A DNA stretch of 64,000 nucleotides from NCBI GenBank assembly GCA_963674745.2, contig CAXXDV010000001.1:1536001-1600000 (forward strand), written 5' to 3'. The DNA is from Desulfosudaceae bacterium. GTDB lineage: Bacteria; Desulfobacterota; Desulfobacteria; Desulfobacterales; Desulfosudaceae. Under the pieces are notes generated by a model, which had not been told where the DNA came from, did not search any database, and saw only the letters and a program-made list of their open reading frames with translations. The first letter of the stretch is position 1. The number at the start of each line of letters is the position of its first letter. The translations under genes and the position numbers were made by a program. Positions 1 to 8,393 of this stretch are shown one piece after another.

Positions 1-310
1 TGGTGTTGTTGATGGTAATGCCGGCGTTGTTGACCAGCACATCCACCCGGCCGGTTGTTTGCTTGATCTGTTTGACCATGTGTTCGACGTCGTCGATGTC
101 GGACATGTCGGCCTGCAGAATAAAACCGTTTCCATCCAGCTCCGATAACAGGGTCTGCGCTTTTTTTGCATCACCCCGGCAATTAATGCCGACCATAAAT
201 CCCTTTTGGGCTAACGCTTTGCAGCAGGCGGCACCGATGCCTTTCGATCCGCCGGTGACGATGGCAACGGGTGTCCGGCCGGTGGTTTTTGAGCCGTCAT
301 GTGGTTTCAT
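1..310 (-). CDS. fabG: SDR family 3-oxoacyl-ACP reductase (FabG-like), 3' end runs off the window
   Basis: Manual translation from ATG at 310: MKPHDGSKTTGRTPVAIVTGGSKGIGAACCKALAQKG...ILQADMSD...GRVDVLVNNAGI. It has the TGxxxGIG and NNAG SDR motifs and lies downstream of the fabD and enoyl-reductase genes. Confidence 0.8.
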   Translation of the reverse strand, partial: MKPHDGSKTTGRTPVAIVTGGSKGIGAACCKALAQKGFMVGINCRGDAKKAQTLLSELDGNGFILQADMSDIDDVEHMVKQIKQTTGRVDVLVNNAGITINNT

Positions 311-357
311 AGTGATACTGTCCTGGTAATGGCGTTAAACAAATGCGTCCCGGCCGG

Positions 358-1296
358 TCAGCTGATTTTCTCTCCGCCGTCAACACGGATAATCGTGCCG
401 TTGATCCAGGCCGACTCCTCGGCGCAAAGCAGGCAGACGACATTGGCCACATCTTCGGGCACGGTCAGGCGGCCGAACGGGTTTCTCAGGCGGGCCCTGG
501 CCGAGATGTGCCGGCTGCCCGGGATTGCCCGCAGGGCGGCCGTGTCCGTCACGCCGGCCTGAATGACATTGGAGCGGATCCCATAGGGCGCGAACTCGAC
601 CGCCATGGACCGGGAGACGGCTTCTAGAACAGCCTTGGCCGCGGAAACCGCCGCGTACCCTCTCCAGGCAACACTGTTCCCTTCGCTGGTGAGGCTTAAG
701 ACGCGGGCATCATCGGCAAACAGCCGCCGCCGGTGCAGGTCCTGGACCCACTCCACAATATTCGAGCCCATGGCATGTGTCGTCCCGGCAAAGTCATCGA
801 TGCCCAGAAACAGCTGGTCGTTGTATTCAGGCGGGGCGGCCAGCGTGCAAAGGGCGTCGGCGCCATTGTCAAAAAGCGACTGTACGGCATTGCTGACGTC
901 CTCCCCGGGTACGGATATCTTTTCGGCCAACTGCTCCGCGGCTGTTTTTGAATCCGTCGGCGCTTTGCAGGGCGCCAGTAGCTTCAAGTTCCCCAGGGCA
1001 ATGGAATGCAGCACCAGCCGGACTTTACCGGTCCAGCCGAGTGCTTTCTCAAGGCCGTCAAGCACCCCGGTTCTGCCCCGGGCGGAAATCGCATCGGTAT
1101 TGAACGTGACGACCTCGACCCCGTCAGAACGAAGCGCTTCAAACAAAGGGGTAATGCGGGACATGGCGCCTTTTCTGTCTCGGTGAACAATGCACAGGTT
1201 CATGCCGTGCCTGGCGAGCTTTTGGGCGCTGGCCAGGCCGAAACCGCTGGAACCGCCGATGATGACGGCCCAGTGTTGTGAATTAAATGTAAACAT
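358..1296 (-). CDS. SDR family enoyl-ACP reductase (FabL/FabI-like) with an internal insertion
   Basis: GGSSGFG Rossmann motif, YAAVSAAK (Yx6K) catalytic motif typical of enoyl-ACP reductases, C-terminal NPFGRL...INGTIIRVDGG. Confidence 0.75.
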   Translation of the reverse strand: MFTFNSQHWAVIIGGSSGFGLASAQKLARHGMNLCIVHRDRKGAMSRITPLFEALRSDGVEVVTFNTDAISARGRTGVLDGLEKALGWTGKVRLVLHSIALGNLKLLAPCKAPTDSKTAAEQLAEKISVPGEDVSNAVQSLFDNGADALCTLAAPPEYNDQLFLGIDDFAGTTHAMGSNIVEWVQDLHRRRLFADDARVLSLTSEGNSVAWRGYAAVSAAKAVLEAVSRSMAVEFAPYGIRSNVIQAGVTDTAALRAIPGSRHISARARLRNPFGRLTVPEDVANVVCLLCAEESAWINGTIIRVDGGEKIS

Positions 1297-1332
1297 AATG
1301 TTTTCCCGTTTCTGATGGCCCTGATTGGATTA

Positions 1333-2280
1333 TCATTGAACCCTTAAGGTGCGATCGGCCGCCGCCAGGGTCGTGATTGATTTGCATTCCACGTCAATAG
1401 ATCTGAAAAACTGTTTTAACGGTCGATGGGGACCGATTTCATAGATGATATCCGCCTGCTCGGAAAGCCGATCCATGTTTTGCCGCCATTGAACGGTGCC
1501 GCTGATCTGGGAGACAAGGTTGTCAATCACCGCCTTGACATCGTCCGGATGAAACCCGCCGGTATAGTTTGATGTCACCTGCTGCGCACTGGCGGAATCA
1601 ATGGCCCCCTGGGCCGATACCAGGACGGCCCTGAAGTCTTCCTCGATGTCGGCCATAAACCGGCTGTGAAAAGGAGCCGACACGTTCAAGGCAACAAAAC
1701 GGACGGATTGCGGATCTGTAACCGAGGCCGCGATAATCTGCCGGGCCTGATCCAGGGCGTCGAAACGGCCGCTGATAATCACCTGGCTGTTTGAATTGAT
1801 ATTGGCCACATCAACGGCAAGGTTCGCAATCGCCTGGCCGATATGTTCCGGCACCAGGTCTTCGCCGATCACGGCCAGCATGCCCCCGGTTTTTTCGGGA
1901 AAAGACTGTTGCATCAGCCGTCCCCTGTCCCGTACCGATGTCAAGGCTTGGGGAAACGGCATGGCGCCGGCCGCGGCCAGGGCCGCGTATTCACCGACGC
2001 TGTGCCCCCCGAAAATATCGGCCGCAAATCCGTATGCCTCCTGGAGACCCCGAAGCATGGCCATTTCTGTCGTAAAGATGCAGGGCTGGGCGTATTCGGT
2101 TAGATCAATCCGGTCGTTTTCACAAAAACACATATTGGCCACATCCCAGCCCAGCACATCGGACGCTTCTTCATAAACGTCACGGCTGGCGGGTATGTTG
2201 CTGAAAAAATCTTTACCCATTCCCGTTCGTTGTGTGCCCTGGCCGGGAAAAACCACGGCCGATTTTTTGCCGGATTGCAT
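1333..2280 (-). CDS. fabD: malonyl-CoA:ACP transacylase
   Basis: FPGQG, AQP, GHSVGE nucleophile motif, VSAPFHS, EIGP. Confidence 0.92.
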   Translation of the reverse strand: MQSGKKSAVVFPGQGTQRTGMGKDFFSNIPASRDVYEEASDVLGWDVANMCFCENDRIDLTEYAQPCIFTTEMAMLRGLQEAYGFAADIFGGHSVGEYAALAAAGAMPFPQALTSVRDRGRLMQQSFPEKTGGMLAVIGEDLVPEHIGQAIANLAVDVANINSNSQVIISGRFDALDQARQIIAASVTDPQSVRFVALNVSAPFHSRFMADIEEDFRAVLVSAQGAIDSASAQQVTSNYTGGFHPDDVKAVIDNLVSQISGTVQWRQNMDRLSEQADIIYEIGPHRPLKQFFRSIDVECKSITTLAAADRTLRVQ

Positions 2281-2344
2281 AGCAGGCTCCTTTTCTCCGG
2301 TTAAACATGCAGGTACAGTTATTGCTTTTTGGGTTGTTTGTGAT

Positions 2345-2360
2345 TACAAAAGGCGTGCCA
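2345..2360 (-). promoter_or_regulatory. sigma54 (-24/-12) promoter of the fabD operon
   Basis: Minus strand reads TGGCACGCCTTTTGTA against consensus TGGCACGNNNNTTGCW, about 65 bp upstream of fabD and next to a divergent sigma54 activator gene. Confidence 0.75.
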
Positions 2361-2664
2361 GGTTCGGGGTTTTAGGCTAACTGTTTAAAATTGTTTGATA
2401 TTCAGGATTAAAAAAAGCGATTGAATTTTCTGCTGGAAAAACAATCATCATAAAATGTACATTGGCTGTGCACGGCATGCACTTTATCCCGAATACGTCA
2501 TGCGGTTTTCGACGGCATTGAACACGCAGCAAAGAACGGGGCTTTTTTATGGACCCGGGGTTACGGTAATGCGGTTATCGGGTGGCGCCTTGCAACGATG
2601 CATGTGTGATGGGGGGGGAATCAACTCGTGAGCTATCCGGACGACAAATCGATGGGGATCGACC

Positions 2665-4158
2665 ATGCCACAGGAAACGAAGATTCTGACAGATGAAGAG
2701 CGGGACTTTTTTTCGCTCATAAAAGACGCGACGCTGACCAACCCGTTCAGTGCCAGGCGGGACGAGCTTGACCGGGAAATTTCCGGTACAGCTCCCGCCG
2801 GCGGGCCTTCGCGGTATCTTGAAAAGGCGGTTGTCGCGGTGAAAGAACGGATCGGGGCTCTGGATAAAACCGGCCGCGGCAACATCAGTCTGTTTTCAGG
2901 AAAAGACAGGCAACTGGTCGAAAGACTGTTTGCCTTTGATTTTTTTTACAGCTTCAGAAAGCAGTTTGATCAGCTGATTCTGGATCAGATCGATGCCGGC
3001 GACAGGGTTATTAAATTGCCTTTCGCCAATGCCGCTAAAGCCACACTCCAGAAAAGAGGGTTTGACGAAGAAAGTATCAAAGGCATCATTGAAGAATCCT
3101 ATCAGTTCAGGCGGGCTTTCTTTTTCATTAACCGGAATCTGGTCGGCAAAAGCGCTGTAATGCAGAGACTCAGGGGGGATATATGGAACAATATTTTTAC
3201 CCACAATTTTGAATTATACAAAACGTATCTGCGGGATCGCATGGAGGACTTTTCCACCATCATTCTGGGGGAAACGGGTGCGGGTAAAGGGGCTGTGGCC
3301 GCCGCCATCGGTAATTCAGGCTACATACCGTTTGATATGCGGAAAAACCGTTTTACCGAAAGCTTTACCCGTTTTTTCATATCCATTAATCTGTCCCAGT
3401 TTCCCGAGTCTATTATCGAGTCCGAACTGTTCGGTCATAAAAAGGGGGCATTTACCGGCGCCATTGACGATTACAGCGGTATTTTTTCACAGTGCGGTCT
3501 TCATGGCTCTATTCTTCTTGATGAAATAGGTGAGATGTCATTGCCCATGCAGATAAAATTGTTGCAGGTCCTTCAGGAAAGAATCTATTACCCGGTCGGC
3601 AGCCGCAAAAAAGAACGGTTTTACGGAAGGGTCATTGCCGCCACCAACGGTTCCATTGATAAGCTCCGTCATGAGGGTGTTTTCAGAGACGACTTCTATT
3701 ATCGGTTATGTTCGGACGTGATTTACGTGCCGTCGCTGCGGGAGCGCCTGGAGCAGGACGCTGACGAACTCGATAATCTTATCACGGTTATTGTGAAGCG
3801 AACGGTGGGCCGAAACGCGCCTGAATTTGTCAAAATGGTTCAGGACGTGATCAACCATCAGCTGGGCCGGCATTACACCTGGCCCGGTAATGTCCGTGAG
3901 CTTGAGCAGTGCGTCCGCCGGGTCCTGCTGAAAAAAGATTACACCGGCGACAACAAGTTTTTATGTAACGACCTTAAAGCCGAACTGTCAGAAGGCCTGG
4001 AGAGCGGCACGATTCCTGCCAACCGGCTTATCGTGGGTTACTGTAAGCTTCTTTATGAACGATTCGGAACCTATGAAGAGGTGGCCAAAAGAACAAAGCT
4101 TGATCGACGGACGGTGACCAAGTATATTAAGGAATGGGACACGGAAAAGGATGATTGA
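2665..4158 (+). CDS. sigma54-dependent enhancer-binding transcriptional activator with an unrecognised N-terminal domain
   Basis: GETGAGK Walker A, ESELFGHKKGAFTGA, LLDEIGE, KLLQVLQE, FRDDFYYRL, WPGNVREL, C-terminal HTH. No receiver domain is recognisable. Confidence 0.92.
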   Translation: MPQETKILTDEERDFFSLIKDATLTNPFSARRDELDREISGTAPAGGPSRYLEKAVVAVKERIGALDKTGRGNISLFSGKDRQLVERLFAFDFFYSFRKQFDQLILDQIDAGDRVIKLPFANAAKATLQKRGFDEESIKGIIEESYQFRRAFFFINRNLVGKSAVMQRLRGDIWNNIFTHNFELYKTYLRDRMEDFSTIILGETGAGKGAVAAAIGNSGYIPFDMRKNRFTESFTRFFISINLSQFPESIIESELFGHKKGAFTGAIDDYSGIFSQCGLHGSILLDEIGEMSLPMQIKLLQVLQERIYYPVGSRKKERFYGRVIAATNGSIDKLRHEGVFRDDFYYRLCSDVIYVPSLRERLEQDADELDNLITVIVKRTVGRNAPEFVKMVQDVINHQLGRHYTWPGNVRELEQCVRRVLLKKDYTGDNKFLCNDLKAELSEGLESGTIPANRLIVGYCKLLYERFGTYEEVAKRTKLDRRTVTKYIKEWDTEKDD

Positions 4159-4279
4159 ACCGGAACCCCGAAAAAATGATGGTCCTTGTTGCCAATATTG
4201 CCAATAATAAGGCATTGTGTTATATTAAGAAATAAGACTGCCTGTCATAACAGCTTCATCATGATCAAAGAGGTATCCT

Positions 4280-5146
4280 ATGAGCGGATGGGAGGCCAGA
4301 AAGCTTCAACTGCCCAACCACAATTTCGAGACGGTCGCCATCAAATTCGATGACGGCCGAGCGGGCTTATGCTATCACGGCAGTGCGATCTGGAATGATC
4401 AGGGCGGCGGATGGGAAAGCTTTATTGCCGACGACTGGAACACGGTCTGGAAAGATGGCAAGTCCTGCCAGTTCAAAGATCTTCCACCGGATATGCGTAT
4501 CGCCTGTCCGGTCTGTGGCGCAAAGATCCATCCTGATGACATGGAATGCGGCCAGTGCGGCATTATTTTCGACAAGATGAAGGATGCGCCTGAAGAGCCC
4601 GAACAAAAGGAAGATCATACGGAAGAAAAAAAGGAGACGCGCCGTTCCAAGGCTGTGGATTTCAGTTTGGCCGGCGTGGTTTTGATCATTGCCGGTGTTC
4701 TTCTTTACAACGTGTTTAAACCCGATCCGCCTCAGTCCGCCCCGGCACGGCCGACAACGGCACAGGAACAGGCGGCCGGCAGCGATCAGGGGCAGCCGTC
4801 AGGTTCGGACGCGTATGATTACTCCCAGGCGGAACAGGATTATTCCGCAGATTATGACGAGTCTTCCGATACCGGGGGAGAAGACCTGGAACCAATCACG
4901 GTTGAAGAGATAGACTATTACAGTCACATTGATCTCGACAACACGGAAACCGCCCACCAGCAGTTGATGGAGGCAACGCAGGAACTCAACCAGGAGGCCC
5001 AACAGGTAAGAGCGGCCCTTGTGGCGGCCGGCACGCCTGAAGAAAAGCGTCAGGCAGCGCTGGACAAAATTCGATATGAGCAGAAATCAGTACAGTTGAG
5101 CCAGATGATAAAAGCGTTTAACGCCATGAACGCCGACGAGCAGTAG
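4280..5146 (+). CDS. hypothetical membrane-anchored zinc-ribbon protein
   Basis: GAGG RBS; CPVC-x10-CGQC zinc ribbon, one TM helix, acidic low-complexity linker, helical C-terminus. Confidence 0.7.
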   Translation: MSGWEARKLQLPNHNFETVAIKFDDGRAGLCYHGSAIWNDQGGGWESFIADDWNTVWKDGKSCQFKDLPPDMRIACPVCGAKIHPDDMECGQCGIIFDKMKDAPEEPEQKEDHTEEKKETRRSKAVDFSLAGVVLIIAGVLLYNVFKPDPPQSAPARPTTAQEQAAGSDQGQPSGSDAYDYSQAEQDYSADYDESSDTGGEDLEPITVEEIDYYSHIDLDNTETAHQQLMEATQELNQEAQQVRAALVAAGTPEEKRQAALDKIRYEQKSVQLSQMIKAFNAMNADEQ

Positions 5147-5161
5147 GTCTTTTCCGACCGG

Positions 5162-7636
5162 CTACATGCCTTTTTTGAAAAACTGTTCATCCTTTATGAC
5201 CGCTCCCGGTTTGGGCGTATGTTCGGTGGGAACGGTACCTTCCTTGAAGCATTCAAAAAAGGTTTCCCTGGACTCGGCAATGGGCAACAGTCCGGTTTCA
5301 GCATCAATCTTGGAAAAAACCACCCCCTCCGGCACACTGAACGACTGGACCGGTTTGTTCTCCAGGATGCCCTGCATGAAGGCCAGCCAGATCGGGCTGG
5401 CGGCACTGGCCCCCGTTTCCGAGGCGCCCAGGGTTTTTTCTTTATCAAAGCCGACCCAGACGGCCGTTACGTAATCCGGCGTGTATCCCACAAACCAGGC
5501 GTCATTGAGGTTGTCGGTCGTGCCGGTTTTGCCTGCCACAGGCCTTTTAAGCGCCCGAACGCGCCGGCCGGTACCCTGCTCAACCACGCCCTGAAGAAGG
5601 TGGGTCATAATAAAGGCCGTATCTTTTTCAATTACGGGTACCGGATCCGGTGTGTTCTGTTCCAGAATCTGTCCCTCACGGTCGACTATTTTTGTTATAA
5701 AAACAGGCGTTACACGTTCACCCAGATTGGCGAACACGGAATAGGCGGTAATCAGTTCTATGGGCGACATGCCGGAAGAGCCAAGAGCGATGGACAGGTT
5801 GCGGCTCAACGGGGACGTGATGCCCAGTTTTTCGGCATAGGAAATCACATAATCCACGCCGATGTCCCGGAGAATTTTAATGGTCGGGATGTTGTGTGAC
5901 TTGATCAAGGCCTTGCGAAATAAGGTGGGGCCGAAAAATCGTTCCTCATAGTTGTGTGGTTTCCATGTGAAATCATGCGCCTTGTCTTCAAAGACAATGG
6001 CCGAGTCCACAATCATGCTGGCCGGTGTATAACCTTTGTCCAGAGCTGCGGCATAAATAATGGGTTTAAAGGCCGAACCCGGCTGACGTCTGGCTTGAAT
6101 GGCACGGTTGAACTGGCTTTTTGAATAATCCCGGCCGCCTACCATGGCTTGAACCAGCCCTGTTTTCACTTCCATGCAGACAAGGGCCGATTCCACGTCC
6201 GGTGTCTGTTCCAGGGAAATATCATATTCAATGACACTTTCTTCGACGAAAGGGGCCGTTTGGGCCGGTTCCTGGTCGTTGGGTTCGGCTTCACCGGGTT
6301 CCCCGCTGAGGGCTTCCGCTTCTATCGGCGCAATAACGTCTTCCGGGGGCGGCAGTATCCCGTTTATTTTGACCAGAATGACATTTCCCACAGCCAGTGC
6401 CTGTGAAGGCTTTGTAATCCGGGCATAGGGCCGGTACCAGGCCACTTCAGGGTTCGGTTTTCGTGCCCAGGTCATATCTGAAAGCGGTATGCGGCCGCGC
6501 CCCCCGGCAAATCGGACCAGAACAGTTTCTTCGGCATCGTTGACATCGACCACTACGCCTTTAACGATACTGTCGGTTACCGTTTCCGGTCCGCTTGAAA
6601 TTTCCTGGTCATCTAAAGCGGTCAGTCGGGCCAGGTAAGGTTCGATTTCCTGTATATTCAGATGCTCAAGGGGCCCCCGGTAGCCCTGGCGTTTGTCCAG
6701 TGCCCGCAAGCCTTCGTCTATTTTTTCCCGGGCGATTTCCTGCTTTTCGACATTTACCGCCGTGTATATCTTCAGCCCCTGGTTATAAAGCATATCCTGG
6801 CCGTATCGCTCCATGACATACTGCCGGGCATACTCTGAATACCATGGCGTTGTTTCCCGAAACCAGCTTTTGACCGGTTTAATGTCCAGCTGTGTGTTCC
6901 GTGCCGCTTCAGCTTCCCACTGCGTAACGTGCCCTCTGTCAACCATTTGATCTAAAACATATAACTGTCTCTTTCGGGCCCTGGCCGGGAAGCGGAAGGG
7001 GGAGTAGCGGCTGGGCGCCTGGGGCAATCCCGCCATCAGGGCGCATTCCGCCAGGTTCAGCCGGTCGACGGTTTTTCCGAAGTAATTCTGGGCCGCCGCC
7101 TGGACCCCGTATGCGCCGTGCCCCAGATATATCTGGTTAAGATACAGAAACAGGATATCTTCTTTTGAAAACCGCCGTTCAATGCGGTAGGAGAGAATCG
7201 CTTCCCTGATTTTTCGGGTATACGTCCTTTCCGAAGAAAGAAAGAACGATTTGGCCACCTGCTGGGTAATGGTGCTGCCGCCCTGAACGATTTCTCCAGC
7301 CGTCATGTTTTTGACAAAGGCGCGGACAACGCTGATGATATCGATTCCCGTGTGTTGAAAAAAACGGGCATCTTCGGCGTCGACAAAGGCGTAAATCAAC
7401 TGTTCGGGAATTTCCGGCAAAGGCAGAACGATTCGGCGGTACTTGTAAAATTCGGCTATTTTTTCTCCGTTGTCAGAAAAAACCGTGGTGATCACCGGCG
7501 GATGGTAGTCCCGGAGAGAAGAAATTTCAGGCAGGTCTTTGCTGATTTGATAATAAAAGGTACCGGCGGCGATCATCGCCAGGACAATGAGGATGGCCAG
7601 CAGTAAGCCCGACCATTTCACGAATTTTAAAAACAT
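5162..7636 (-). CDS. mrcA: penicillin-binding protein 1A (bifunctional transglycosylase/transpeptidase)
   Basis: N-terminal TM; EDARFFQH, GGSTITQQ and RKIRE transglycosylase motifs; SAFK, SHN and KTG transpeptidase motifs. Confidence 0.95.
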   Translation of the reverse strand: MFLKFVKWSGLLLAILIVLAMIAAGTFYYQISKDLPEISSLRDYHPPVITTVFSDNGEKIAEFYKYRRIVLPLPEIPEQLIYAFVDAEDARFFQHTGIDIISVVRAFVKNMTAGEIVQGGSTITQQVAKSFFLSSERTYTRKIREAILSYRIERRFSKEDILFLYLNQIYLGHGAYGVQAAAQNYFGKTVDRLNLAECALMAGLPQAPSRYSPFRFPARARKRQLYVLDQMVDRGHVTQWEAEAARNTQLDIKPVKSWFRETTPWYSEYARQYVMERYGQDMLYNQGLKIYTAVNVEKQEIAREKIDEGLRALDKRQGYRGPLEHLNIQEIEPYLARLTALDDQEISSGPETVTDSIVKGVVVDVNDAEETVLVRFAGGRGRIPLSDMTWARKPNPEVAWYRPYARITKPSQALAVGNVILVKINGILPPPEDVIAPIEAEALSGEPGEAEPNDQEPAQTAPFVEESVIEYDISLEQTPDVESALVCMEVKTGLVQAMVGGRDYSKSQFNRAIQARRQPGSAFKPIIYAAALDKGYTPASMIVDSAIVFEDKAHDFTWKPHNYEERFFGPTLFRKALIKSHNIPTIKILRDIGVDYVISYAEKLGITSPLSRNLSIALGSSGMSPIELITAYSVFANLGERVTPVFITKIVDREGQILEQNTPDPVPVIEKDTAFIMTHLLQGVVEQGTGRRVRALKRPVAGKTGTTDNLNDAWFVGYTPDYVTAVWVGFDKEKTLGASETGASAASPIWLAFMQGILENKPVQSFSVPEGVVFSKIDAETGLLPIAESRETFFECFKEGTVPTEHTPKPGAVIKDEQFFKKGM

Positions 7637-7672
7637 ATAAACTCCAAATGCTTGCCGTGCTGCAGGGGCAAA

Positions 7673-8083
7673 TCATCCGTCTTGGTTATGGTTGATCCTT
7701 TTATCCCGTCGCTTCTGCTCCAGGCACTCACGGAAGGACTTTTTGATAAATCGAGAAGGGAATTGCGGATGTGCCAGATAATCCCGGGTAGAAACCTGGA
7801 AATTCTCCAGCATCTGGTTAAAAAGAGTTTCTTTTTCCTGCTCATCAATAAAAAGCCGTTCTCTCTTCTGTTCAAAAGTGATTTGTCCGCCCAGGACCTG
7901 TTTGACGGATAACAGATCACCGGTTTTTTCATCTTCCAGAGCGTCGTCATCCGCTACCGGCACGAGAGCGCAGACCTTCAGTGTCACCACCCAGCGGTCT
8001 CCGATCTGCTTTCTGGAGGCGTCATAAAGGCGCAACGTTACACCGTTTTCAAGTGTTTCTTCTGTAATCAGGGTTTGTTCCAT
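7673..8083 (-). CDS. hypothetical protein
   Basis: 136-aa ORF with protein-like composition, co-oriented directly upstream of PBP1A. Confidence 0.7.
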   Translation of the reverse strand: MEQTLITEETLENGVTLRLYDASRKQIGDRWVVTLKVCALVPVADDDALEDEKTGDLLSVKQVLGGQITFEQKRERLFIDEQEKETLFNQMLENFQVSTRDYLAHPQFPSRFIKKSFRECLEQKRRDKRINHNQDG

Positions 8084-8220
8084 TTTTTATCCGGATGAGT
8101 ATAAACGTAAAACGTATTCAAATCAAAACATTTATTATTTGATGACCCGGTATAAGAAAGCCAGGTTTCTTCCGGACATTTTTAAATAACGAAAAATACC
8201 TCTATCGGTTACCAAATCAA

Positions 8221-8393
8221 AGGCCGGCATTTTTTTTTGTGCGGCATTGATCGTTTCCGGGGAAAAATTCAGCCAGCGGCTTCGCGTATAGAAATGCTCG
8301 CTGTTTGAGGGCGAAAGCCCGAGTTCGAGGATTTTAGCGAAGGCGCTGGCTGAATCCCGGAATCGATCAGGCGCTCAAAAAAAATGCCGGCCT
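8221..8393. repeat. long imperfect hairpin element, copy 1 (homologue at 41749-41924)
   Basis: Terminal arms AGGCCGGCATTTTTTT / AAAAAAATGCCGGCCT; nested stem TTCAGCCAGCG/CGCTGGCTGAA; core 8296-8329 matches the reverse complement of 41815-41848 at 31/34 nt. Confidence 0.8.

Noticed and set aside
4189..4206. Tandem TTGCCAATA direct repeat upstream of the zinc-ribbon gene
   Set aside because: Single short instance; a regulator site cannot be distinguished from chance or a slipped duplication.
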